Source of the DNA: a virus
Taxonomy: Duplodnaviria; Caudoviricetes
Strand: one strand, 5' to 3'
DNA: 64,000 nucleotides
Virus record (IMG/VR): IMGVR_UViG_3300008107_000043
Location: 14,521-78,520 of that record
In this document: positions 10,701-18,700 of the stretch, piece after piece
Layout of the letters: each line of letters starts with the position of its first letter
Numbering within the stretch: the stretch's first letter is position 1
Program-made: the position numbers and the translations under genes
Notes under the pieces: model-generated
Told to the model about the DNA's origin: nothing
The model's database searches: none
What the model saw: the letters and a program-made list of their open reading frames with translations, nothing else

Positions 10701-11811
10701 CCACATTCAAACCACAGGTGGTTCAACAGGTAAGGGTTGGGGAGACTTTATGAATAAGTATTCGGTCTCTCCAAAAGTGTTTAAGAGTATATCAGAACCT
10801 GATGAAAGAATAAATGGAACATTTACTTTAACTTGGAAAAACGTAAAATTTCCTGAAGATGGGGATTACAGAGTTAGATTTCAGGCAGATAATATTGGTG
10901 TTCTTAAAATTGGCGATAAACAAGTTCAAAAGACCACAGATTTTTATGGAGATCCTGCAACAATTCAAACAAATATAACTGCAGGAACATATGATATTGT
11001 AATTGAACTGACGAATATCAAAGATAGAACCAATAAGTTTTCGAATAATCCAACAGGAACTTCTTTGGTTATTGAAAAGGATATATCTGTAAGAGATAGT
11101 TCATCAAAATCTTGGACAGAAAATCCGATTGGAGTTTCTGCAGTTTTAATTTCTCCACCCTGTCCAAAGAAAATTAGTGGTAAGGGCGTAGTAGAAAAAA
11201 TTATTATAGATGATCCTGGTAACGGATATCTTGCACCACAAGATCCTAGTGGAGGATATCCAGTTATTGTTAAATTGAAAGAAGTGCTTGTTGATAATGG
11301 TGGGATCAATTATAATTGTGGTGGCGATCAACTTAAGATTACACCAGATAATGGTGCAAAATTGAGTTATACCTGCAATGCCTTTGGCGTTATTAATACA
11401 GTGACTGTTGATGATTCTGGCACACCTTTTACAAGTTATCCAAGAATCACTCTTCCATCAGAAACCGGAGTAAATGCAAAGTTTACACCAGTCTTTGAAG
11501 TTGTAAGAGATCCTTTAGATCCAGCAATATCACCAAATAATATTATTCAAGTTACTGATTTGGTTGGTCTCAAGCAAACTGGATATGTCGATGGTCGTGC
11601 ATATTATGGTGCAGTATATTATGATGAAGGTGTTAAGTATGCAGGATACTATAAGACAATTGGTACACCAATTCGTGTCTATAATACTCTTCAGGAGAGT
11701 ATTACTGCTAAGGTGACTACTCCTGCAAGTGCAATTGAAAGATCTGGTACAGATGTTACAAGTAATGATCCGCGTCTTAATATCCCAGGAACTCCAGAGA
11801 ATTTAATTTGA
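7708..11811 (+). CDS. Large virion structural protein with PA14-like domains and three copies of an internal beta-rich repeat
   Basis: GEYVFRGLCDNLAKLYIDG, GYYKVRGEVDDIAKIYVDG, GDYRVRFQADNIGVLKIG (PA14-like); AKF/I...YLDV.G.G...MDVNDA.YIAGLAA.E..IPS repeated three times. Confidence 0.6.
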   Translation: MPNSFNTPISIDSIRVGYVDPSLGFVDGITVCQANDYAYKNPGTVFVFRDGSNNIKYLTINEVNKLTTNDIVTTASTCGGYQQIKECGPPKIQIFGGGGVGAVGNPVVGEDGAILAVDLVSGGFGYQFPPITQAKDECQYGTGSVLRAILGETIEEYETFEGEEDFEEYELCEDTSVGYGTKYGPNGENLGDWDPDSYTSTTKDPIQNEIEKYQESLTKYKNPFWTTRKKLPVRISSLGKDFSSYEVTFPTWNDFMNSYAISPVAPSNVAGSDFAGRIFTFEWEENFPYDGEYVFRGLCDNLAKLYIDGDLISDLKGFNDSAQPIQKTLKSGVYLIRIDLLNIPITTNTSTTTSVTSKINAKFVKRGNDFYLDVTGSGTGEVDLLMEIDDSSYIAGLAAREIIIPSDNGKVKFTRADGTPKVENIKKTINVTGGQSYGPIQILGATIGVAKPTVNSNKIALYDAAGTDENIKFLITNVKGNVTTTSINTSASTPNVASITTQNPKDYVIPEAKIIEKKGQYYIQVGGTGIVNITFKMDVNDAYYIAGIAASEIRVPSESGTISLKRKSTISISGQSFPNAYEKEETIKKSGKFAGGKTYGPIEIINQNPTGLPPKLSGSKKLELRDAEGDDANIKFEIDNIEPQKSTVSNVATGTVVSSKSWNENPMGISVTIDAPPQPVPQEKPPVQEGRCPPNPIWSTRFPSAKENWYPVRFPKWSKFLNRYALSPVKPLDTPGSDSGGISYSNSWNVNAPFRGYYKVRGEVDDIAKIYVDGNLVLDLSRRVGKTSGSEKVLLEEGNHTIKVEVENYSSESFSTINQKIFSTLDWQSPLTSTSSNIKAKFIQKGKDYYLDVSGFGSGEISFVMDVNDAPYIAGLAAKEVIIPSDGGKLMFTRTGISQRDSISYFSIPKEETIKKSGKFTGGKIYGPIQILGATVGAGTPKVFNNKLSLFDAAGTDENIKLEISKIEQTAKNSVTSSSVSSGTSKDGVIYQGPEIFHHIQTTGGSTGKGWGDFMNKYSVSPKVFKSISEPDERINGTFTLTWKNVKFPEDGDYRVRFQADNIGVLKIGDKQVQKTTDFYGDPATIQTNITAGTYDIVIELTNIKDRTNKFSNNPTGTSLVIEKDISVRDSSSKSWTENPIGVSAVLISPPCPKKISGKGVVEKIIIDDPGNGYLAPQDPSGGYPVIVKLKEVLVDNGGINYNCGGDQLKITPDNGAKLSYTCNAFGVINTVTVDDSGTPFTSYPRITLPSETGVNAKFTPVFEVVRDPLDPAISPNNIIQVTDLVGLKQTGYVDGRAYYGAVYYDEGVKYAGYYKTIGTPIRVYNTLQESITAKVTTPASAIERSGTDVTSNDPRLNIPGTPENLI

Positions 11812-11848
11812 CCCTATTAAATAGTACTACATTGAATCCGAATTTCTG

Positions 11849-12475
11849 ATGGCAATTCCTCCAAATAGTAAACCAAATAATACAAGAGTAAATAATACTA
11901 CATCCAAACAAAACTATACTGATATTGCTTATGGAAATGACCATGGTTCAATTAACTTTGGTCATATTTCAAAACAAGGGGATGTGACTGCTGACGTACA
12001 ACTTCAGGCATCTGATGGTCGTCATCAAATCACTTTAGATAAAGATGGTCCAAGAAAAGGATGTACCTCAATAACAGCTCCTGGCAATTTTCAAATTCAA
12101 TGTGGTCTTGATAAGAATGAAGCAGAAGATACTCTGTTTATAAATGCTGTGAATGGCAATGTTTGTATCATTGCTAGTAATGGAAAACTGAGACTTCAGG
12201 GAACTGATATTGAATTGGTTGCAATTGGTGAGGGTGGAAGCAAAGGAAATATTCGTATGAATGCAAAAGGTGGTTCTATTGAAATGGACGCCAAAAAGGT
12301 CTTGATAAATGCCTCAAGTTTGTGTAAAATGGCATCTAGTGGAAAAGTTGAGGTGGCAGCAAATAGTTGCTTAAGTATGTACGGTTCTATAATTAGAGGA
12401 GTTACTGATGCTTGTGCAGTAAAAGACTCTAAAGTTGGTGGAAGAAGATTCCAAGTAAGTCAAGAAATTTTTTAA
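11849..12475 (+). CDS. Baseplate-associated protein, possibly gp5 C-terminal beta-helix-like
   Basis: Short beta-strand periodicity (INAVNGNVCIIASNGKLRLQGTDIEL); late promoter at 11818; context. Confidence 0.4.
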   Translation: MAIPPNSKPNNTRVNNTTSKQNYTDIAYGNDHGSINFGHISKQGDVTADVQLQASDGRHQITLDKDGPRKGCTSITAPGNFQIQCGLDKNEAEDTLFINAVNGNVCIIASNGKLRLQGTDIELVAIGEGGSKGNIRMNAKGGSIEMDAKKVLINASSLCKMASSGKVEVAANSCLSMYGSIIRGVTDACAVKDSKVGGRRFQVSQEIF

Positions 12476-12485
12476 GGAGAAATAA

Positions 12486-13145
12486 ATGTCATCTTGTCAA
12501 GACGATGTTGCAGTTGGTGGACAACTGATGGTAGGTGCGGGATTACCTCCCTCACTTGGAGTTGGTCCCTCAAAAATTAACGGTTCTGCATTTGTTGAAG
12601 GACCAATGCAGGTTGGTGCAGCTCAGCAATTTGGAAAGGTTGATGCAACTTTAATGGTTGGTCAAACTTTTAATTCTGAATCTAAGTCTCCACTATATTC
12701 TTTATGGGCAAGACTTTATTCACGGTTTCAAAATTTTGTTCGCGTTGATGTGCTATTGAAATCAAAATACATAGAAGCAGAAACAATTTATTGCAAACAC
12801 TTTTATTGTCCAGACAAACATTTCCTAATTGATCACCCTTCAGAACAGGGAAAGAAGTTAGTTTATGGATGTTTGGAAGGACCCGAGAATGGTGTTTATG
12901 TTCGGGGGAAAGTTTTAAATAGAGATTATATCGAACTTCCTCTTTATTGGAAAGATTTGGTGGATGAAACTACAATTACAGTTTCATTAACTCCGATTGG
13001 TTCTCATCAAGATATTATTGTAAAACGAATTGATGAGAGTAAGGTATACTTGCAAGCAAAACCCGGTATGCCAATTCATTGTTTTTATCATATTTTTGCT
13101 ACAAGAAAAGATATTCCTAGATTAGAAGTAGAGGTTCAAGAATAA
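12486..13145 (+). CDS. Structural protein with conserved C-terminal chaperone-like domain
   Basis: KHFLIDHPS...LVYGCLEGPENGVYVRG...IELPLYWKDLVD motif, shared with the next gene and typical of fibre/spike C-termini. Confidence 0.5.
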   Translation: MSSCQDDVAVGGQLMVGAGLPPSLGVGPSKINGSAFVEGPMQVGAAQQFGKVDATLMVGQTFNSESKSPLYSLWARLYSRFQNFVRVDVLLKSKYIEAETIYCKHFYCPDKHFLIDHPSEQGKKLVYGCLEGPENGVYVRGKVLNRDYIELPLYWKDLVDETTITVSLTPIGSHQDIIVKRIDESKVYLQAKPGMPIHCFYHIFATRKDIPRLEVEVQE

Positions 13146-13888
13146 TGGCAATTACATTCCAAAAATCAGGTTCCTTTACTGGACCGGGATTTGATTTTGA
13201 ATATAGAGATAATGATGATTTTTCTTTACAATTTACTGACTTAACTTTTCCAGACGATGTTGGAATGATTCTTGTAAACACATTATCTTCTCCAAATGAT
13301 TATGTTTATATGCACCTTGCAGGAACAAGCACTGCCAACGTAACGCTTGAAGCAAGTTATGGGAACATTCCTGTTTTTAATTTTAATGCAACACAAACTA
13401 ATTTTAATGGCAATATCACCGCCACTGGAACAATATCTGCTCCTTCCTTTGCTGGTCTTGCTTGGTCAAATTTAGTCAGTGATGTAAATAGCAAAAAGTC
13501 TTTTGATATTTCTCATCCCTCAAAAGAAGGATACAGGCTCAGATATATCTGTGTAGAAGGTCCAGAGGCAGAAGTTTATTTTAGAGGAAAACTTTCTAAT
13601 GGAAATGTTATAGAACTTCCAGATTATTGGAAAGATTTGGTTGATATTGAAACTGTAGGTGTGACTCTAACACCAATTGGATGTTATCAAGAACTCTTCG
13701 TAGAAAAAATTGAATGGGGAAGTAAGATTATTGTGAAAAATAATGCAGGTGGTGCTGTTAATTGTTCTTATGTTGTCTATGGAGAAAGAAAAGATGTTGA
13801 TAAGAATATTTCAGAATATCAAGGAACAAGTCCTGCCGATTACCCAGGAGACAATTCTCAATATGTGATCAATGGTATAAGGGCTTGA
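13145..13888 (+). CDS. Structural protein, paralogous C-terminal domain to 12486..13145
   Basis: KSFDISHPS...LRYICVEGPEAEVYFRG...IELPDYWKDLVD; TAATG stop/start overlap with the previous gene. Confidence 0.5.
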   Translation: MAITFQKSGSFTGPGFDFEYRDNDDFSLQFTDLTFPDDVGMILVNTLSSPNDYVYMHLAGTSTANVTLEASYGNIPVFNFNATQTNFNGNITATGTISAPSFAGLAWSNLVSDVNSKKSFDISHPSKEGYRLRYICVEGPEAEVYFRGKLSNGNVIELPDYWKDLVDIETVGVTLTPIGCYQELFVEKIEWGSKIIVKNNAGGAVNCSYVVYGERKDVDKNISEYQGTSPADYPGDNSQYVINGIRA

Positions 13889-13913
13889 CACCCTCCTCAG
13901 GACCTGCTATGAT
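13885..13913 (+). promoter_or_regulatory. Sigma70-type promoter with extended -10
   Basis: TTGACA (13885-13890), 17-bp spacer, TG-C-TATGAT (-10 at 13908-13913). Confidence 0.8.
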
Positions 13914-13939
13914 ACTTGGGTAATCACGAAACGAACCGA

Positions 13940-14122
13940 ATGCAAGGTGAGTACCTCTCCCGCTGTGTCGTAGACCCTCTTAAGCGTACTGTGTATCTTT
14001 ATTCCAGTGAAGGGTCGGAAAAGCAAGTGTCCTGTGATACTGTTGATGAGTTTATGAATGTGCTAGAATTTGTTCGTTCAACACTTGATGAAAGTACTCT
14101 CTCATACGCAAATCCACTTTAA
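13940..14122 (+). CDS. Small hypothetical protein
   Basis: ATG at 13940 downstream of the promoter; MQGEYLSRCVVDPLKRTVYLYS... Confidence 0.65.
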   Translation: MQGEYLSRCVVDPLKRTVYLYSSEGSEKQVSCDTVDEFMNVLEFVRSTLDESTLSYANPL

Positions 14123-14181
14123 GTTCCATTTTTGGTGGTAAAAAATCCCGGCAAAAATTCTCACACGATACTTTTTTTAAA

Positions 14182-14361
14182 ATGCGTCCAGAAACAAGAG
14201 AATCAATGGAAATGCTTTTCACAGCAAAGTGGAACGTTCCAAAAGCAGCAGAAAACTGTAATCTTACCAATAAAGAAATGAAGATTACCTTTAACGAATA
14301 CTGCCGTTTACATCCTGCCACTTATATGGTAGAATGTAGCAATCAACTCAGTCTTCTCTGA
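14182..14361 (+). CDS. Small hypothetical protein (59 aa, below ORF-track cutoff)
   Basis: MRPETRESMEMLFTAKWNVPKAAENCNLTNKEMKITFNEYCRLHPATYMVECSNQLSLL*, fills the gap before the tRNA. Confidence 0.6.
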   Translation: MRPETRESMEMLFTAKWNVPKAAENCNLTNKEMKITFNEYCRLHPATYMVECSNQLSLL

Positions 14362-14370
14362 GTTTTTTAT

Positions 14371-14443
14371 GCCCGTGTAGTCCAGCGGAAGAGACAGAGC
14401 ACTTAAAATGCTTCCAGGGTCGGTTCGAATCCGACCACGGGTA
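14371..14443 (+). tRNA. tRNA-Leu(TAA), short variable loop
   Basis: Acceptor GCCCGTG/CACGGGT; anticodon arm GAGCA-CTTAAAA-TGCTT; T arm GTCGG-TTCGAAT-CCGAC; discriminator A; no encoded CCA. Confidence 0.85.
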
Positions 14444-14492
14444 TTAGAGGATATAAACCTCCTCTAAATAAACAAAAGTAGGAAAAGTTCCT

Positions 14493-14762
14493 ATGAAGTA
14501 CAGAATTGATGCCAGGTATTGTTGGTATAATAAGGAAACACAAATTGTTCTAATGTACTTTATAAATCAAATTCCTTTTACTTTTGATGAACTTCCAGAT
14601 GACTCAATTTATGATCTGGAATTAATCAAATTAGCAGACACTGAAAGAAGATTTGAACCAGAGGATTTATACAGAACATCATTCTATTTGATTGATGAAG
14701 AGTGCCATCCTCTTATGTTTGAACTTGAACTGGAAAATCCAGAAATGTTGCCTGTTGATTAA
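14493..14762 (+). CDS. Hypothetical acidic protein
   Basis: 89-aa ORF between the two tRNAs, TAAATA at 14465. Confidence 0.7.
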   Translation: MKYRIDARYCWYNKETQIVLMYFINQIPFTFDELPDDSIYDLELIKLADTERRFEPEDLYRTSFYLIDEECHPLMFELELENPEMLPVD

Positions 14763-14765
14763 TTT

Positions 14766-14837
14766 GCCCTTGTAGCTCAGTGGTAGAGCAACGGTTTTGT
14801 AAACCGTTGGTCGTCTGTTCAAATCAGATCGGGGGCT
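14766..14837 (+). tRNA. tRNA-Thr(TGT)
   Basis: Acceptor GCCCTTG/CGGGGGC; D arm GCTC-AGTGGTA-GAGC; anticodon arm ACGGT-TTTGTAA-ACCGT; T arm GTCTG-TTCAAAT-CAGAT. Confidence 0.93.
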
Positions 14838-14859
14838 CTAAATTCTTTATAACTCCAAA

Positions 14860-15033
14860 ATGAACATTAATCTCTGGTACTGCGAGTCTATGAAGCAATG
14901 GCGTTGGACTCTCACTGACAGTTCTCGTCCTATTCGCAGACAAGAATCAGGACAACAACCATTTCTTCGTGATGCTATGAATGATGTAGCAAATACTGTA
15001 GAATATATGTTAGAATGCAAACAAAATGAGTAA
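14860..15033 (+). CDS. Small hypothetical protein (57 aa)
   Basis: MNINLWYCESMKQWRWTLTDSSRPIRRQESGQQPFLRDAMNDVANTVEYMLECKQNE*, fills the gap. Confidence 0.6.
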   Translation: MNINLWYCESMKQWRWTLTDSSRPIRRQESGQQPFLRDAMNDVANTVEYMLECKQNE

Positions 15034-15043
15034 TAATACTTAA

Positions 15044-15673
15044 ATGAAGTCGGATTTTTATATAGATAGAGTTGGAAAGGATAAAGTAAAAAACTTGCTT
15101 TACACTTACCATTATCTAAAAGACGAATCCAAAGATTTCAAAAGTGGTTATAACTACGGTTTATTCAAATCCAGTGTTTCTGACATTTTGCATATTGGTG
15201 ACTGCCTCGCTGCTTGCATCTTTACTAAGATCCCCGTCCCAGAAATAGCAGTAGGGGCGTTTGGACTAGAAAGGCATGAACAGGAAGGACTTTATGAGTT
15301 ATCAAGACTTTGCATAGATCCAGAAGTGCAAAAGGAAGAATATAATATCACATCCTGGTTTGTAAGTAGATGTATCAAAAGGTTTAGGAAAGATGCCACA
15401 GTTCGTGCTGTTCTTAGTTACGCTGACTCTAATCACCACTCTGGAACTATATACAGAGCTTGTAATTTTCAGTACTACGGTTTAACAGACGCCAAAAAAG
15501 ATTTTTACTATGCTGATGGAACCAAACATTCACGAGGTAGTATCAAAGGTGCTGATGGTGAGTGGCGTAATAGGAGTCGTAAACATCGGTATCTTATGGT
15601 TTTCGACAAGAAACTCAAAGAACAGTTGACTTGGCAAGAACAAGAGTGGTATAATATTAAAGGCGATACTTAA
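15044..15673 (+). CDS. Mom-like (GNAT-fold) DNA adenine modification protein
   Basis: YHYL...YELSRLCI...SWFVSRCIK...VLSYADS..HSGTIYRACNFQYYG matches the Mu Mom family pattern (ELxR, SYAD, GxIYxAxNF). Confidence 0.7.
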   Translation: MKSDFYIDRVGKDKVKNLLYTYHYLKDESKDFKSGYNYGLFKSSVSDILHIGDCLAACIFTKIPVPEIAVGAFGLERHEQEGLYELSRLCIDPEVQKEEYNITSWFVSRCIKRFRKDATVRAVLSYADSNHHSGTIYRACNFQYYGLTDAKKDFYYADGTKHSRGSIKGADGEWRNRSRKHRYLMVFDKKLKEQLTWQEQEWYNIKGDT

Positions 15674-15697
15674 CCAAATCCCTTCCGTGTGCTTCAG

Positions 15698-15720
15698 AAC
15701 CTCCCTTGTGGAGGTTTTGT
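15698..15720 (+). terminator. Putative intrinsic terminator
   Basis: AACCTCC-CTTGT-GGAGGTT stem-loop followed by T-rich run, after the Mom-like gene. Confidence 0.55.
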
Positions 15721-15762
15721 TGTATGATAAATAATCCATAACGGAACTTATAATAAAATAAG

Positions 15763-18700
15763 ATGGGTCTCTCTCGTTTAGATAATTTTCTAAAGTCTGT
15801 TCGTGGTACAATCATATATGTTGATCCAAACAGTCTTGATTCTACGGATAGTATTGAGAATCAAGGAAACTCACTGACTCGTCCATTTAAAACGATTCAA
15901 AGAGCACTAATTGAGGCATCAAGATTCTCTTACCAAAGAGGACTGAATAATGATAGATTTGGCAAAACAACAATTCTTCTATACCCAGGCGATCACCTTG
16001 TAGATAATCGTCCAGGATGGATTCCTGATGGTTCTAATAATTTTAGACTTAGAAATGGGTCTACAAGTAATAATTTTCCTGCTTGGGATTTAACATCAAA
16101 CTTTGATCTCACTACCGCAGATAATGTACTTTATAAAATGAATAGTATTCACGGTGGAGTTATTATTCCTCGTGGTACTTCAATTGTTGGACTCGATTTA
16201 AGAAAGACTAAAATTCGCCCAAAGTATGTTCCCAATCCAACTAACGATAATATTGAAAGATCGTCTATTTTCCGCGTAACTGGCGGATGTTATATATGGC
16301 AGTTTTCTTTATTTGATGCTGATCCAAATGGACAGTGTTATCTTGATTACACTGAAAATCTTTTTGTACCTAACTTCTCCCATCACAAATTATCTTGCTT
16401 TGAATATGCTGATGGAGTAAATGATGTAAATATTAATGATGTTTTTCAAACATATTCAACAGATCGTACTGACCTGGATATGTATTATGAGAAAGTTGGA
16501 CTTGCGTATGGACAATCATCTGGTCGTGCAATTGAACCAGATTATCCTTCATCTAGTATCGATATTCAACCCAAGATTGATGAATATCGTATTGTAGGTT
16601 CTACTGGAGCATCTGTTGGTATTTCGAGTATTATTTCTGGCGATGGAATTACTCCATCAAAAATAATTACAGTTACTACTGAATCTAGCGTATCTGGCCT
16701 TGATGTAGATACTCCATTCAGAATTTCTGGTATTATTGCAGAAGGTTATAATGGACAATTTGTTGTAACAGAAAAATTAAGTGACACTGTAATTAAATAT
16801 CAAGTTCAAAATGCCCCAGCAGTTGCTTTTCCATCAACGACGGGATCAACTTTATCACTCACTTCCGATACTGTAACTTCAGCATCTCCATACATCTTTA
16901 ACATCTCTTTACGTTCTGTTTATGGAATGTGTGGAGTTCTTGCTGATGGTGACAAGGCATCAGGATTTAAATCAATGGTTATTGCCCAATTCACGGGCAT
17001 TGGATTGCAGAAAGATGATAATGCGTTTGTATTGTATAATTCATCTACAGGAACTTATGATGATAATACAGTTCCTGGAAATGAGACAATTAGTACAAAT
17101 TCACGAGCAATCTTTAAACCTGCATATAGGAATTTTCATATTAAGGCAATTAATGATGCATTTGTTCAGAATGTTTCAATCTTTGCGATTGGTTATGCTG
17201 AACATTTTGTGGTAGAAAGTGGTGGTGACTTTTCCGTTACCAACTCAAACCCTAACTTTGGAGCAAAGGCACTTGTTGCTTCAGGTTTTAGAAGAAATGC
17301 ATTTCCTCAAGATGATCTTGGTTATATCACTCATATTATTCCACCAAAAGAAATTTCAAAAGTTGAAACTGCAATTGAATTTAATTCAATTGACGTAAGT
17401 AAGACCGTTGGTGTTGCATCAACAGGATATCTGTATCTGTATAACCAAACAAACTCTGATGTTGCACCAGAAAATGTTCTAGAAGGATATCGTATTGGTG
17501 CTAGAGAAAATGATACTCTAAAAGTTATAATTTCAGCAGGAAGCACTGCATCCGAATATAGTGCTCGTATTGTAATGCCTGGATCTCAGACAACTTCTGA
17601 GAAGAAATTCTATGTAAGTCGTAGTATTTCTGGTATTAATAATATTTCCAGCAATACACTTTCATTAACACAAAATCATACATTTATAAATGGAGAATCT
17701 GTTCGCATATTGAGTGATAATGGACAACTTCCTGATGGTTTGTTGCCAAATACAGTTTATTATGCAATTACAAGTAGTAATGCAAGTAGTGGACTTACAA
17801 CAACCACAGAACTGAAACTTGCAAAAACTCAAAACGATGCCATCAGTGCAAGTGAAATTTTAATTAACAACAAAGGAGGTATTCTAAGTGTTGTAAGTAG
17901 AGTATCTGATAAGAATTCTGGGGACATTGGACACCCAGTTCAGTTTGATTACAGTAATTCGCAATGGTATATTCAAGTATCAAACAGTGAAACCGATAAT
18001 AAGATTTATCCAGCAATCGTAAGTTTTGGTTCAACTATTCTTGGTGCAGCAACTCCTAGAACATATATCAATCGTAAGCAAGATTCAAGAAGTGCAAATG
18101 ATATAATTTATCGTCTAAGATATGTAATTCCAGCATCTTCTGGAGTGTATGCAAGACCTCCAAGTGATGGATTTGTTATCCAAGAATCTAATACCACTAT
18201 TGGAGCAACTAGCGGAGAGATTCAAACTTATTTTGGTACTGGTTCGATTTCAAATGTAAATCAGCAAAGAAACTTTAGATTCGTTGCTGATGCCCAGTGG
18301 CAAGCAGGTATTGCATATATCACTACAGAACTTCCTCATAATTTATCAGTAGGATCTGAAGTTAGATTTTTTAATATTAAGAGTTCGAATAATGTAACTG
18401 GTGCAAGTGATTCCGGATATAATGGAACTTATGTGGTAAGTACAATTACAAATGCTAAAGTATTTACATTTGCTTTAGATACTGATCCAGGTGCATTTAC
18501 AAGTGATATTTCAGCAAGAGATTCTTCTCTCCCATATTTTAAAAGAAGTAAGTATAAGAATACCTATTATAATCTCAAAACTCAAGAAGCACAAAAATAT
18601 ATTGCAGGACAACAAGATGGAGTCTATTACTTAACTTTACTAAATTCATCAAATTCTCCAAGTGTTGATCCTTTTGCTGATGAAAAATATTCTCAACCAG

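Noticed and set aside
14371-14837. tRNAs as prophage attachment sites or suppressor tRNAs
   Set aside because: No integrase or duplicated tRNA 3' end seen; anticodon TAA reads the Leu codon TTA, not a stop; TAA, TAG and TGA all end genes normally here.
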